In this document: positions 10,174-17,721 of the stretch, piece after piece | Layout: every line of letters starts with the position of its first letter | Position numbering within the stretch: position 1 is the first letter of the stretch | Assembly (NCBI GenBank): GCA_965197585.1 | Contig: OZ240215.1 | Coordinates: forward strand, 1,376,642-1,440,641 | DNA from: Dehalococcoidia bacterium | GTDB taxonomy: Bacteria; Chloroflexota; Dehalococcoidia; Plut-88900 | Length of the DNA: 64,000 bases | Direction of reading: 5' to 3' | Notes under the pieces: model-generated | Seen by the model: the letters and a program-made list of their open reading frames with translations, nothing else | The model's database searches: none | Told to the model about the DNA's origin: nothing | Translations under genes and position numbers: made by a program

Positions 10174-10219
10174 TCCCCCAGCACCCTAGACCTGTCCAGA
10201 ACCCGAAAGGTCATTCACA

Positions 10220-10738
10220 GTGTGGGACCTCTTCGACATCCTGGCCCTCATAGTCCGATCCGTCCACGCCGTTTCCTCCGTGCTTTGGATTGGCGGCAGC
10301 ATCTTCTACCTCATTGTCCTCAGGCCCGCGCTCCGGGATGCGGAGAAATCAGGAGCCCCGCCTGGCAGGATAGTATCCCGTCTGGTCGCTCTCCATTTCA
10401 GGGAATGGGTACACGTGTCGATGATCGCGCTGCTGGTGAGCGGGGCCATTCTCACCTTCGACCGGCTCACCGAGCCCACGGTGTCAGCTCTCTACATCGG
10501 GGCCCTTGCATCCAAGATCGGCATAGCATTCTGGCTCTTCGGCATCGGCACTGCCACCTACAGGAAGAAACTGATAGAGCGGAGGCATGAGGCCGGTGAT
10601 ATGGGAGAAGGGAAAAGAAACATCGCCTCCCGTTGGCTGCAACCTCTCGTTTCCCCATCGATGATCGTGTACGGGGGCCTCGTAGTCATCCTCCTCAGCG
10701 ACCTCCTAAACGCCACGTTCATAAAGGGCATCTCCTGA
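10220..10738 (+). CDS. Integral membrane protein (CopD-like HxxxxxxWxGG motif)
   Basis: 172 aa with about 4 TM helices and the motif VHAVSSVLWIGGSIFY near the N-terminus. GTG start. Confidence 0.6.
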   Translation: MWDLFDILALIVRSVHAVSSVLWIGGSIFYLIVLRPALRDAEKSGAPPGRIVSRLVALHFREWVHVSMIALLVSGAILTFDRLTEPTVSALYIGALASKIGIAFWLFGIGTATYRKKLIERRHEAGDMGEGKRNIASRWLQPLVSPSMIVYGGLVVILLSDLLNATFIKGIS

Positions 10739-10785
10739 TCTATCTTCACCGGTGGGGAATAAATATACCGAATGAGTACACCGAC

Positions 10786-10814
10786 TTGACGCCACATTTC
10801 ACCTATTGTAGTAT
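10786..10814 (+). promoter_or_regulatory. sigma70-like promoter (TTGACG-17-TAGTAT)
   Basis: -35 TTGACG at 10786-10791, a 17-nt spacer, and -10 TAGTAT at 10809-10814, in the intergenic region upstream of the NYN gene. Confidence 0.45.
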
Positions 10815-10880
10815 TGACCTGTACATCTTCCCTGGCGTCCGCCTTTGAGCGCACGTCAGGTTGGTATTAGGTCCCGTGGA

Positions 10881-10908
10881 CGGAGCGCTCTTTTGGGCGC
10901 TCCGTTTT
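10881..10908 (+). terminator. Intrinsic terminator-like hairpin with a T-tract
   Basis: CGGAGCGC (10881-10888) pairs with GCGCTCCG (10897-10904) across an 8-nt loop, followed by TTTT (10905-10908). Confidence 0.6.
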
Positions 10909-11497
10909 GCATGAGGAGAACAAAGGGCGTTTGGCTGGACGTGTAGCCATCTTCATAGACGGGGCCTATCTGGATCGTGTCTTGAAAGACGAATTCAGCG
11001 GAAGCCGTATAAGCTATCGGGCACTGTCACAGGAGCTTGCCCAAAGCTCAGACATCTTAAGGACCTACTATTATCACTGCCGGGTTTACCAGAGTCAGCC
11101 TTCGACCCAAGATGAACGCATACGCTATTCTGCACAAGGAAGGTTTTTTGAAGCCTTGGAACGCCTGCCAAGATACACCGTCCGCCTGGGTAGGTTGGCT
11201 TTGCGTGGAACTGATGCTAAGGGCTTACCCAAGTATGAACAAAAGAGAGTTGACATTCTGCTGGGGGTGGACATGGTGTTACTAGCCGCCAAGCAGCAGG
11301 TCCAGGAAGTGGTGTTGGTGGCGGGAGACAGCGACTTTATTCCCGCAATTTCGGTCGCTAAGTCTGAAGGCGTTTTAGTAAGGCTGTATCACGGAGAACG
11401 CCCCCACTCCGACCTCCTCCGAGAAGCCGACGAAAGAACCCGCATCGACAAGTCCTTCGTAGATTCCGTCTTGCTCACCAAACCCCAGTCCAACTAA
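10907..11497 (+). CDS. NYN-domain (LabA/DUF88-like, PIN-fold) protein
   Basis: AIFIDGAYLDRV...RVDILLGVDMV...VVLVAGDSDFIPAI are the acidic motifs of NYN/LabA nucleases. The start is uncertain: TTG 10907 overlaps the terminator T-tract, and TTG 10931 is an alternative. Confidence 0.8.
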   Translation: MHEENKGRLAGRVAIFIDGAYLDRVLKDEFSGSRISYRALSQELAQSSDILRTYYYHCRVYQSQPSTQDERIRYSAQGRFFEALERLPRYTVRLGRLALRGTDAKGLPKYEQKRVDILLGVDMVLLAAKQQVQEVVLVAGDSDFIPAISVAKSEGVLVRLYHGERPHSDLLREADERTRIDKSFVDSVLLTKPQSN

Positions 11498-11578
11498 CCC
11501 GTTATCCTCGGTTTTAAACAGTCAAGTTGCCGTCTGACTTGGGCCGGGGGTTCCTCAATGGGTCTATTCTCCCATTCC

Positions 11579-11607
11579 TTGAATCCCCGCGTCTTACCAT
11601 CTATCAT
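11579..11607 (+). promoter_or_regulatory. sigma70-like promoter upstream of ccmA (TTGAAT-17-TATCAT)
   Basis: -35 at 11579-11584, a 17-nt spacer, and -10 at 11602-11607. The ccmA start candidates (GTG 11618, ATG 11636) follow almost immediately, so the mRNA may be short-leadered. Confidence 0.35.
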
Positions 11608-11617
11608 TTAGTAGTTA

Positions 11618-12355
11618 GTGACGCCCATCACAACTATGAGTGCCAACGCGACACCACAATCCCCCGCCATCCAGACCCGAGACCTCACCCGAAAATACGG
11701 TCGTGTCACCGCCATAAACAGCCTGGACATCACCATAGAGCCGGGAGAGAAGGTAGTTCTCGTAGGGCCGAACGGCTCCGGTAAAACGACCCTGATCAAG
11801 CTCCTTTCCACCCTCATCAAACCCACGTCCGGTGACCTATTCATCCACGGATACGACGTCGCCAAGCATGACGCCGGTATCAGGTCCACAATTGGGGTAG
11901 TCCTCCACGAACCCCTCCTTTATGGTCGGCTCACCGCCGCCGAAAACCTCCGCTTCTACGCAAGAATGTTCCACGTTCCTGATGCGGAGCAGAGAATCGA
12001 TGCCCTGGCCGATCAGCTCGACCTCACCCCCTTGCTCAAGACCCGGATCGACATTCTCTCCCACGGTCAGCGCAAGCGCGTCTCCATGCTCAGGGCCGTC
12101 CTCCACAACCCGGGGATTCTCCTTCTGGATGAGCCCGACTCAGGCCTCGACAGCGCAGCTCTTCAACGCCTCTTTGACTTCTGTAACAGCCAACCCCGCA
12201 CCATCATTATGTCGACACACAATATCGATAACGGCCTCCGGATAGCTGATCGGGCTCTCTTCCTGAAGAGAGGACGAGTAGTGATGGACTCCGGCGTGGA
12301 AGCGTTAGAGAAAGACGTTTTAAACACTCGATACCAGGCCTTGGCCGTCGGCTAG
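11618..12355 (+). CDS. ccmA: Heme exporter ATP-binding protein CcmA
   Basis: ABC ATPase with Walker A GPNGSGKTT, signature region LSHGQRKR and Walker B LLLDEP. It lies directly upstream of ccmB/ccmC. Confidence 0.9.
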   Translation: MTPITTMSANATPQSPAIQTRDLTRKYGRVTAINSLDITIEPGEKVVLVGPNGSGKTTLIKLLSTLIKPTSGDLFIHGYDVAKHDAGIRSTIGVVLHEPLLYGRLTAAENLRFYARMFHVPDAEQRIDALADQLDLTPLLKTRIDILSHGQRKRVSMLRAVLHNPGILLLDEPDSGLDSAALQRLFDFCNSQPRTIIMSTHNIDNGLRIADRALFLKRGRVVMDSGVEALEKDVLNTRYQALAVG

Positions 12356-12365
12356 TCTGCGAATC

Positions 12366-13037
12366 ATGTCCTACTGGCAAGCCATAGCAGCAATAGTGAA
12401 GAAGGACCTCCTGGTCGAGGTACGGGGCAAGGAGGTCGTCCTTGCCGTCAGTTTCTTCGTTCTGCTCATGGTCTTCACCTTCAACTTCGCCTTCAGGCCC
12501 GGGTCGGTGCCCACTGAAGTCATGACCCCCGGCGTCCTCTGGTTCACCTTCCTTTTCGCCGGCATGCTCAGCTTCCAGCGAGTGGTGAGTTCCGAGCAGG
12601 AAAACGGTTGCCTGGACGGCCTCATGCTATGCCCCTATGGCCGGGACGTGATCTTCATCTCCAAGACCATAAGCAGCTTCCTATTCGTCATGATGGTCGA
12701 GGCCATAGCCATCCCCATTTTCGCGGTGGTCTTTAACCTCTCCAGCGTTCCCATTCAACTTATCCTGATAATCCCCGTGGCCACCCTCGGCATAGCGATA
12801 GTCGGCACTTTCCTCGCGGCCCTGTCCATGAACACCCGACTCCGAGAAGTGATGCTGCCCGTTCTGATGATTCCCCTGGTCGTGCCTGCGGTCATCGGCG
12901 CTGTGGAGTCCACTGGGGACGCCTTCGAAGGCGCAGGCTGGGCCGCCGTTCAGCCTTGGATTTACGTACTTATCATATTCGACGTAGTATTCCTGGTAGT
13001 CGGCTTTCTTACATTCGAGCACGTGCTGGAAGAATAG
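12366..13037 (+). CDS. ccmB: Heme exporter membrane protein CcmB
   Basis: 223-aa, 6-TM protein positioned between ccmA and ccmC. Confidence 0.88.
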   Translation: MSYWQAIAAIVKKDLLVEVRGKEVVLAVSFFVLLMVFTFNFAFRPGSVPTEVMTPGVLWFTFLFAGMLSFQRVVSSEQENGCLDGLMLCPYGRDVIFISKTISSFLFVMMVEAIAIPIFAVVFNLSSVPIQLILIIPVATLGIAIVGTFLAALSMNTRLREVMLPVLMIPLVVPAVIGAVESTGDAFEGAGWAAVQPWIYVLIIFDVVFLVVGFLTFEHVLEE

Positions 13038-13046
13038 GCATCACGT

Positions 13047-13748
13047 ATGGAACAAACTATAAATGCCCCTTCTCGCCGACGCAGGTTCACTTGGATGGAC
13101 AGTTTGTTCGCCCTGATCACCGTCCTGATGATCGTCAATGTCTACTTGATTTTCCTCTGGGCCCCGGAGGAGGTCAAACAGGGCAACGTTCAGCGCCTCT
13201 TCTACTTCCATCTCCCCATGGCATGGATTGCCTATCTGGCCTTCTTCCTGGTGTTCATATTCAGCATCCTGCACCTTCGGAAACACAGTGCCCGGTGGGA
13301 CAGGTGGGCCTATTCTTCCGCCGAGTTGGGCGTAGTATTCACCTCCGCAACTATAGTTTCAGGCATAATCTGGGCCAAGCCGATCTTCGGCGTCTGGTGG
13401 ACTTGGGACGCCCGGCTCACGACCACCGCCCTCCTCTGGCTCATCTACGTCGGCTACCTCATGGTCGGGGCTTACTCCGAGTCCTCTGAAAGGTCCTCCC
13501 GACTACGGGCTGTCGTGGGCATCATGGGCTTCGTGGTAGTCCCAATTAACTATCTGTCCGTCTACCTCTGGGACACTGTGCACGTGGAGCCGATAATAGG
13601 CGGCGGTGAGGAGGCATTCCTCAGCTCCGAGATGTACACCACGTTGATGTTCAGCCTCGTTACATTCACTTTGCTGTTCTTTGTCCTGCTGAAAACTAGA
13701 GTAATGCTGAGAAAGAGCGAAGAGACCGCCGCCGGTCTCGACTCCTGA
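13047..13748 (+). CDS. ccmC: Heme exporter/heme-handling protein CcmC
   Basis: WWD motif region WAKPIFGVWWTWDARLTTT in a polytopic protein. Confidence 0.9.
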   Translation: MEQTINAPSRRRRFTWMDSLFALITVLMIVNVYLIFLWAPEEVKQGNVQRLFYFHLPMAWIAYLAFFLVFIFSILHLRKHSARWDRWAYSSAELGVVFTSATIVSGIIWAKPIFGVWWTWDARLTTTALLWLIYVGYLMVGAYSESSERSSRLRAVVGIMGFVVVPINYLSVYLWDTVHVEPIIGGGEEAFLSSEMYTTLMFSLVTFTLLFFVLLKTRVMLRKSEETAAGLDS

Positions 13749-13763
13749 CCTGGAAGAGGAGCT

Positions 13764-14219
13764 ATGGAAGACAATTTCGGATACCTTTTTGCCGGTTTTG
13801 CAATAGGCTGGGGGATCTTTATGGGCCTGGCGTACTGGATCTACAGGCGCGTTGCCCGCGTCGGCCAGGACATCGAAGAGATGAAACGGGCTCGCGTCCC
13901 CCGCAGCGACAAATACCCAATGGCTACGGACTCTCACGTTGACCCCGCCATCGAGGCGTATACTCCTTGGCTGTCGCCGCGCAAGAAAACCATTACCGGG
14001 GCTATAGTTATAGCAATCGCTCTAGCGACCTTCGTCTCTCTTTCCATCATCTTCTTAGTCATCACGAGGGAAGACAATGCAGGATATCTCTATGCCGGTT
14101 TCACAATAGGTTGGGTCATCTTCATAGGCCTGATATGCTGGGTATATAGGCGTGTAGCCCTAGTCAGCCAGGACGTCGGATGGCTCAACCGGGCTCGCTA
14201 TACTCATTCACACGATTAA
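13764..14219 (+). CDS. ccmD: CcmD-like protein fused in frame to a duplicated CcmE membrane anchor and a second CcmD-like module
   Basis: Two CcmD-like TM modules (NFGYLFAGFAIGWGIFMGLAYWIYRR and NAGYLYAGFTIGWVIFIGLICWVYRR) flank a copy of the CcmE N-terminus (DPAIEAYTPWLSPRKKTI + TM). Confidence 0.7.
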   Translation: MEDNFGYLFAGFAIGWGIFMGLAYWIYRRVARVGQDIEEMKRARVPRSDKYPMATDSHVDPAIEAYTPWLSPRKKTITGAIVIAIALATFVSLSIIFLVITREDNAGYLYAGFTIGWVIFIGLICWVYRRVALVSQDVGWLNRARYTHSHD

Positions 14220-14372
14220 CCTATGGCTTCAGATTCCCGCATAGATCCCGCCATCGAGGCGTATACCCCGTGGCTATCCCCGCGCAAGAAGACCATCGTG
14301 GGGGGGATAGTCCTCATTCTGGCCCTCGCTACCATCATTTCTCTCATTGCCTTCAACGTCGGGCAGGCTTTC
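13767..14372 (+). repeat. Diverged tandem duplication, 2 x 303 nt (ccmD + 5' end of ccmE)
   Basis: gaagacaat at 13767 recurs at 14070 (offset 303 nt = 101 codons). cccgccatcgaggcgtata...cgcgcaagaa recurs at about 13943 and 14246. The two units are clearly alignable but diverged. Confidence 0.8.
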
Positions 14373-14690
14373 CTGGAGGTGAGCGAGGTACAGCAGAGAG
14401 GCTCGATGATCCATGGGCAGGACATCAAAATCAACGGCATCATCGTCCCCGGCTCCATCGAATACGGCGACCAGGAAGACGTGTCCTTCCAGGTGCTGGA
14501 CGCCAAGAAGAAGTCGGGCGAACCGCTGGATGTGACATTCGCGGGCGTACCTCCCGGACAGTTTGACGTCCCGTCGGTAGAGGTCGTCCTGGAGGGCAGC
14601 CTGGAACCCGACAACATATTCCACGCCACCAGCATCATAACGAGGGAGTCCCGACAGTACATACCCGTCACCGAGCAGGAGTCCAACTGA
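14223..14690 (+). CDS. ccmE: Cytochrome c maturation heme chaperone CcmE (non-canonical: no His or Cys at the heme-attachment position)
   Basis: N-terminal anchor plus OB-fold region (INGIIVPGSIEYG...VEVVLEGSL) alignable with E. coli CcmE. The C-terminal segment reads ITRESRQYIP where E. coli has [10 protein letters not shown]. Confidence 0.8.
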   Translation: MASDSRIDPAIEAYTPWLSPRKKTIVGGIVLILALATIISLIAFNVGQAFLEVSEVQQRGSMIHGQDIKINGIIVPGSIEYGDQEDVSFQVLDAKKKSGEPLDVTFAGVPPGQFDVPSVEVVLEGSLEPDNIFHATSIITRESRQYIPVTEQESN

Positions 14691-14716
14691 AGGACAAGGA
14701 AACGAGATAAACACCC

Positions 14717-15859
14717 ATGAAAGCAGTACAGCTGATCACGAGTGGCGACTACATGTCACACTACCTGGTCGATGACCATGAATCCTGGAAGGCAGAAGTG
14801 CAAGTCCATGAAGGCTACGGGCTCGACAGGTTCGAATACACGGATATACCCCGCCCCGAGCCCGGTCTCGGTCAGGTAGTTGTCCAGATCAAGGCCTGCG
14901 GTCTGAACCATTTGGACGCCTGGGCCGCCAAGGCTCCCAGGGCTGCAATCAGGGAGAAACCGGTAACTCCCGGGGCGGATATGGCTGGTGTCGTAGATCA
15001 GATAGGACCTGGAGTGATGAATGTCTCTGTAGGGGACCGAGTAATGGTCTACCCCGGCGTCAAGTGCAACAGTTGCCGATATTGCCTGGCAGGCCGCGAC
15101 AACCTCTGCCCCAACAAGCCCGGTTTCGGGAGCGGTTGGGACGGCGGGCTCGCCGAGTACGCACTGGTACCCGAGCAGAGCATCATCCCCGTCCCCGACA
15201 ACGTATCCCTCATCGACGCCGCCTCCATGCCCATAATCTTCATGACCGTCTGGCATATGCTGGTCACCAGGGCCCGAGTCCAGCCGGGCGACACTGTGCT
15301 TGTTAACGCTGCGGGAAGCGGCGTGGGTATCGCCGGGATTCAGATAGCCAAGCTTTTCCACGCCCGAGTGATTGCCAGCGCCGGCTCCGACCCCAAGCTC
15401 GAGAAGGCCCGGAAGCTCGGGGCAGACGACGTCATCAACTACACCACCTCCTCCATTAAGGAAGAGGTAAAGCGGCTCACCGACGGCTACGGCGTCGACA
15501 TCGTTGTAGACAGCCTTTCAGGCAACCTGGCAGAGGAGAGCATCGAGGCCTTAGCTGTCGGCGGCCGGTTCGTTAACTGCGGTTGCACGCTGGGCAACTG
15601 GGCAACGGTCAACGTAGCCCGCATGCTGTTCAAGGAGACATCAGTACTGGGCTCGGTGATGGGCACCCATCGGGAGCTCGTCGAGTGTCTGCGCCTGGTC
15701 TCGGAAGGGAAGCTTCGCGCTGTCATCGACCAGGTGTATCCCCTGTCGCAAGTCCGGGACGCGGTGGCTCACTTGCTGGAGCGTCGCATATTCGGGAAGG
15801 TCATGGTAGTCCCCGACAGCCAGTACCCGCCCTCCGAGCCCTACTCCACCCTGGACTAA
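14717..15859 (+). CDS. Zinc-type alcohol dehydrogenase / MDR-family oxidoreductase
   Basis: GLNHLD, CNSCRYCLAGRDNLC (structural Zn Cys cluster) and a Rossmann motif VNAAGSGVG. Confidence 0.85.
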   Translation: MKAVQLITSGDYMSHYLVDDHESWKAEVQVHEGYGLDRFEYTDIPRPEPGLGQVVVQIKACGLNHLDAWAAKAPRAAIREKPVTPGADMAGVVDQIGPGVMNVSVGDRVMVYPGVKCNSCRYCLAGRDNLCPNKPGFGSGWDGGLAEYALVPEQSIIPVPDNVSLIDAASMPIIFMTVWHMLVTRARVQPGDTVLVNAAGSGVGIAGIQIAKLFHARVIASAGSDPKLEKARKLGADDVINYTTSSIKEEVKRLTDGYGVDIVVDSLSGNLAEESIEALAVGGRFVNCGCTLGNWATVNVARMLFKETSVLGSVMGTHRELVECLRLVSEGKLRAVIDQVYPLSQVRDAVAHLLERRIFGKVMVVPDSQYPPSEPYSTLD

Positions 15860-15878
15860 CTCCGAAGCCCCACGCTTC

Positions 15879-17180
15879 TCACATGAGACGCGTGGGCATG
15901 GGTGTATTCCCATTCTTGAAGCGGTCCACGGAGAAATGTTGCCAGGGGATGGAAGACTTTCCATCGACTATCAGGTCAGCGGTCAGCTTTCCCGCCACGG
16001 GGCCCAAGCCGAACCCGTGCCCGCTGTAGCCCATGGATAGAAATAGGCCTTCCGGTTTGCCGGCAGGACCGAGTACCGGCACCAGGTCCGGAGTGGTGTC
16101 TATGTAGCCCGCCCAGGACTTTTCGATTCGAAGCTCGCGCAGCTTGGGTATCAGTTTGCCCGCCGCATTAAGCTGGCGCCTCACCTTGTGCAAGGCCCTT
16201 TTCGGCTCCTTGCCGACCGGTGCGACGACCGTGGATCGGTTACCCTGGAGCGAAGCCAGGAACAGCTTAACGTCGTGCTTCAGCAGCTCCATGTCCACAC
16301 GCATGGTTATGCTCTTGCGCTGCTTAATGAGCCTCGGGAGCCACACTTTCAGGTCTCGAAGATCGTGCAGCGATAGTTCATGATAGACGTCCTGACGTCG
16401 ATACCCGTTGCTGACCCGGACCGGGCCTGAGGCCGTCTGCCTGAAGCAGTAGTAACCGCCCCTCACGAATTGCTCGATAATCGGGGGCGCGGGCCCGGTC
16501 TCCCCCTGCGACAGCGTCACTATCTGTACGGGAATGTGGACACCCAGCCGGTCGGCGAGACGGTATGCCCAGACACCCGCTGCAAGCACCACGACGCCGG
16601 TCTCAATCTCTCCCTGGGTAGTCTCGACTGACGAGACTCGGCCCCCGGTGACTCCTATGTTGGTCGCCACGCAGCCGGTACGGATCTCAGCGCCGTTCTC
16701 CCGGGCAGCGTTGGCAAAGCCGTTCACCACCCTGGTCGGGTTCACGTGTCCCTCGTCAGCGGAGTAGGCCATCGCCTCAAGGTGGCCCTCCACCACCGGG
16801 AACCGGGTCCTGACCTGCTCTGTGGTCAGCATCTCCAGTTGGATGCCCCCGTCGCGCGCAGCCTCCACCATCTCCTCGAAAAACGGCATGTCCTCTGGCG
16901 ACTCGGCAGGCAGCAGGCGGCCTTTCTTGATGAACTCGATCTCGGAGCCGATGTCCTCGCTGAGGCCGTCGTAGATGGCAAGGCTTTCCCGAGCCAACTC
17001 GAACTCCCCGGCCTGCTTGCCCAGCAGTCCCACCGCCGCAACGGTCCGCCCGGAGGCCTCATAGGCCACGTCATCCTTCTCGATAACCACCACCCGCTTG
17101 CCCCTCCTGGACAGGTTGTAGGCTATGGAGCATCCCGTAATTCCGCCGCCTATCACTACGGCATCAGCCTTGGTTAACAT
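15879..17180 (-). CDS. FAD-dependent oxidoreductase (DAO/sarcosine-oxidase-beta-like)
   Basis: N-terminal dinucleotide fold ADAVVIGGGITGCSIAYNLSRRGKRVVVIEKDD. Paralog of 17722-19038. Confidence 0.85.
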   Translation of the reverse strand: MLTKADAVVIGGGITGCSIAYNLSRRGKRVVVIEKDDVAYEASGRTVAAVGLLGKQAGEFELARESLAIYDGLSEDIGSEIEFIKKGRLLPAESPEDMPFFEEMVEAARDGGIQLEMLTTEQVRTRFPVVEGHLEAMAYSADEGHVNPTRVVNGFANAARENGAEIRTGCVATNIGVTGGRVSSVETTQGEIETGVVVLAAGVWAYRLADRLGVHIPVQIVTLSQGETGPAPPIIEQFVRGGYYCFRQTASGPVRVSNGYRRQDVYHELSLHDLRDLKVWLPRLIKQRKSITMRVDMELLKHDVKLFLASLQGNRSTVVAPVGKEPKRALHKVRRQLNAAGKLIPKLRELRIEKSWAGYIDTTPDLVPVLGPAGKPEGLFLSMGYSGHGFGLGPVAGKLTADLIVDGKSSIPWQHFSVDRFKNGNTPMPTRLM

Positions 17181-17701
17181 TGGGGCCCTTTCTCAACTCT
17201 GCCTGAAAGTTTGACTGTCATCGGGACTTCCACGCAGCCGTTGTTGTGCAGGGGGCAAAATGCACAGTCCTTTTCCAGCTTGGGAATCGGGACCGTGGCC
17301 CTGGCGAAACCCATCCCTTCAAAGGCGCCCGCAGCGTAGGTCTGGGTCAGCGTGTGAAGGGTGTCGTAGCCCTTCTCTCTGGCCGCCTCCTGGCAGCGCT
17401 TGATCAGCTTGGATGCGATACCGCGACGCTGGAACCGCTCCTCGACTGCCAGCGACCTGAGTTCGGCTATTCCGTCGTACTCCATAAGGGACGCGCAGCC
17501 TGCGAACTCGCCCTCGGTAGCGGCTATGAAGAACCGGCCCTCGGACACCAGAGACCGAACTTCATCCTCACCCACCGGCAGGAGAAAACCCTCCGCCTCC
17601 TCCCCCGAGTGCCGGAACCGATATAGCTCAATCAGGCGGCTTATCGGCCCTACGTGCTCGGGGCCTGCTTTTGATATCCGAACGGACTTGGTTACTGTCA
17701 T
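17174..17701 (-). CDS. GNAT-family N-acetyltransferase
   Basis: Acetyl-CoA binding region LRSLAVEERFQRRGIASKL. The C-terminal Cys-containing tail reads CAFCPLHNNGC. Confidence 0.8.
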   Translation of the reverse strand: MTVTKSVRISKAGPEHVGPISRLIELYRFRHSGEEAEGFLLPVGEDEVRSLVSEGRFFIAATEGEFAGCASLMEYDGIAELRSLAVEERFQRRGIASKLIKRCQEAAREKGYDTLHTLTQTYAAGAFEGMGFARATVPIPKLEKDCAFCPLHNNGCVEVPMTVKLSGRVEKGPQC

Positions 17702-17721
17702 GTGTTCAGTCTAGTCCCGAC

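Noticed and set aside
13764-14372. Repeated units in the ccmD/ccmE region, considered as a possible CRISPR or other interspersed repeat array
   Set aside because: There are only two long (303-nt), diverged, coding, directly adjacent units with no spacers. This is a segmental tandem duplication. No CRISPR array was seen anywhere in the window.
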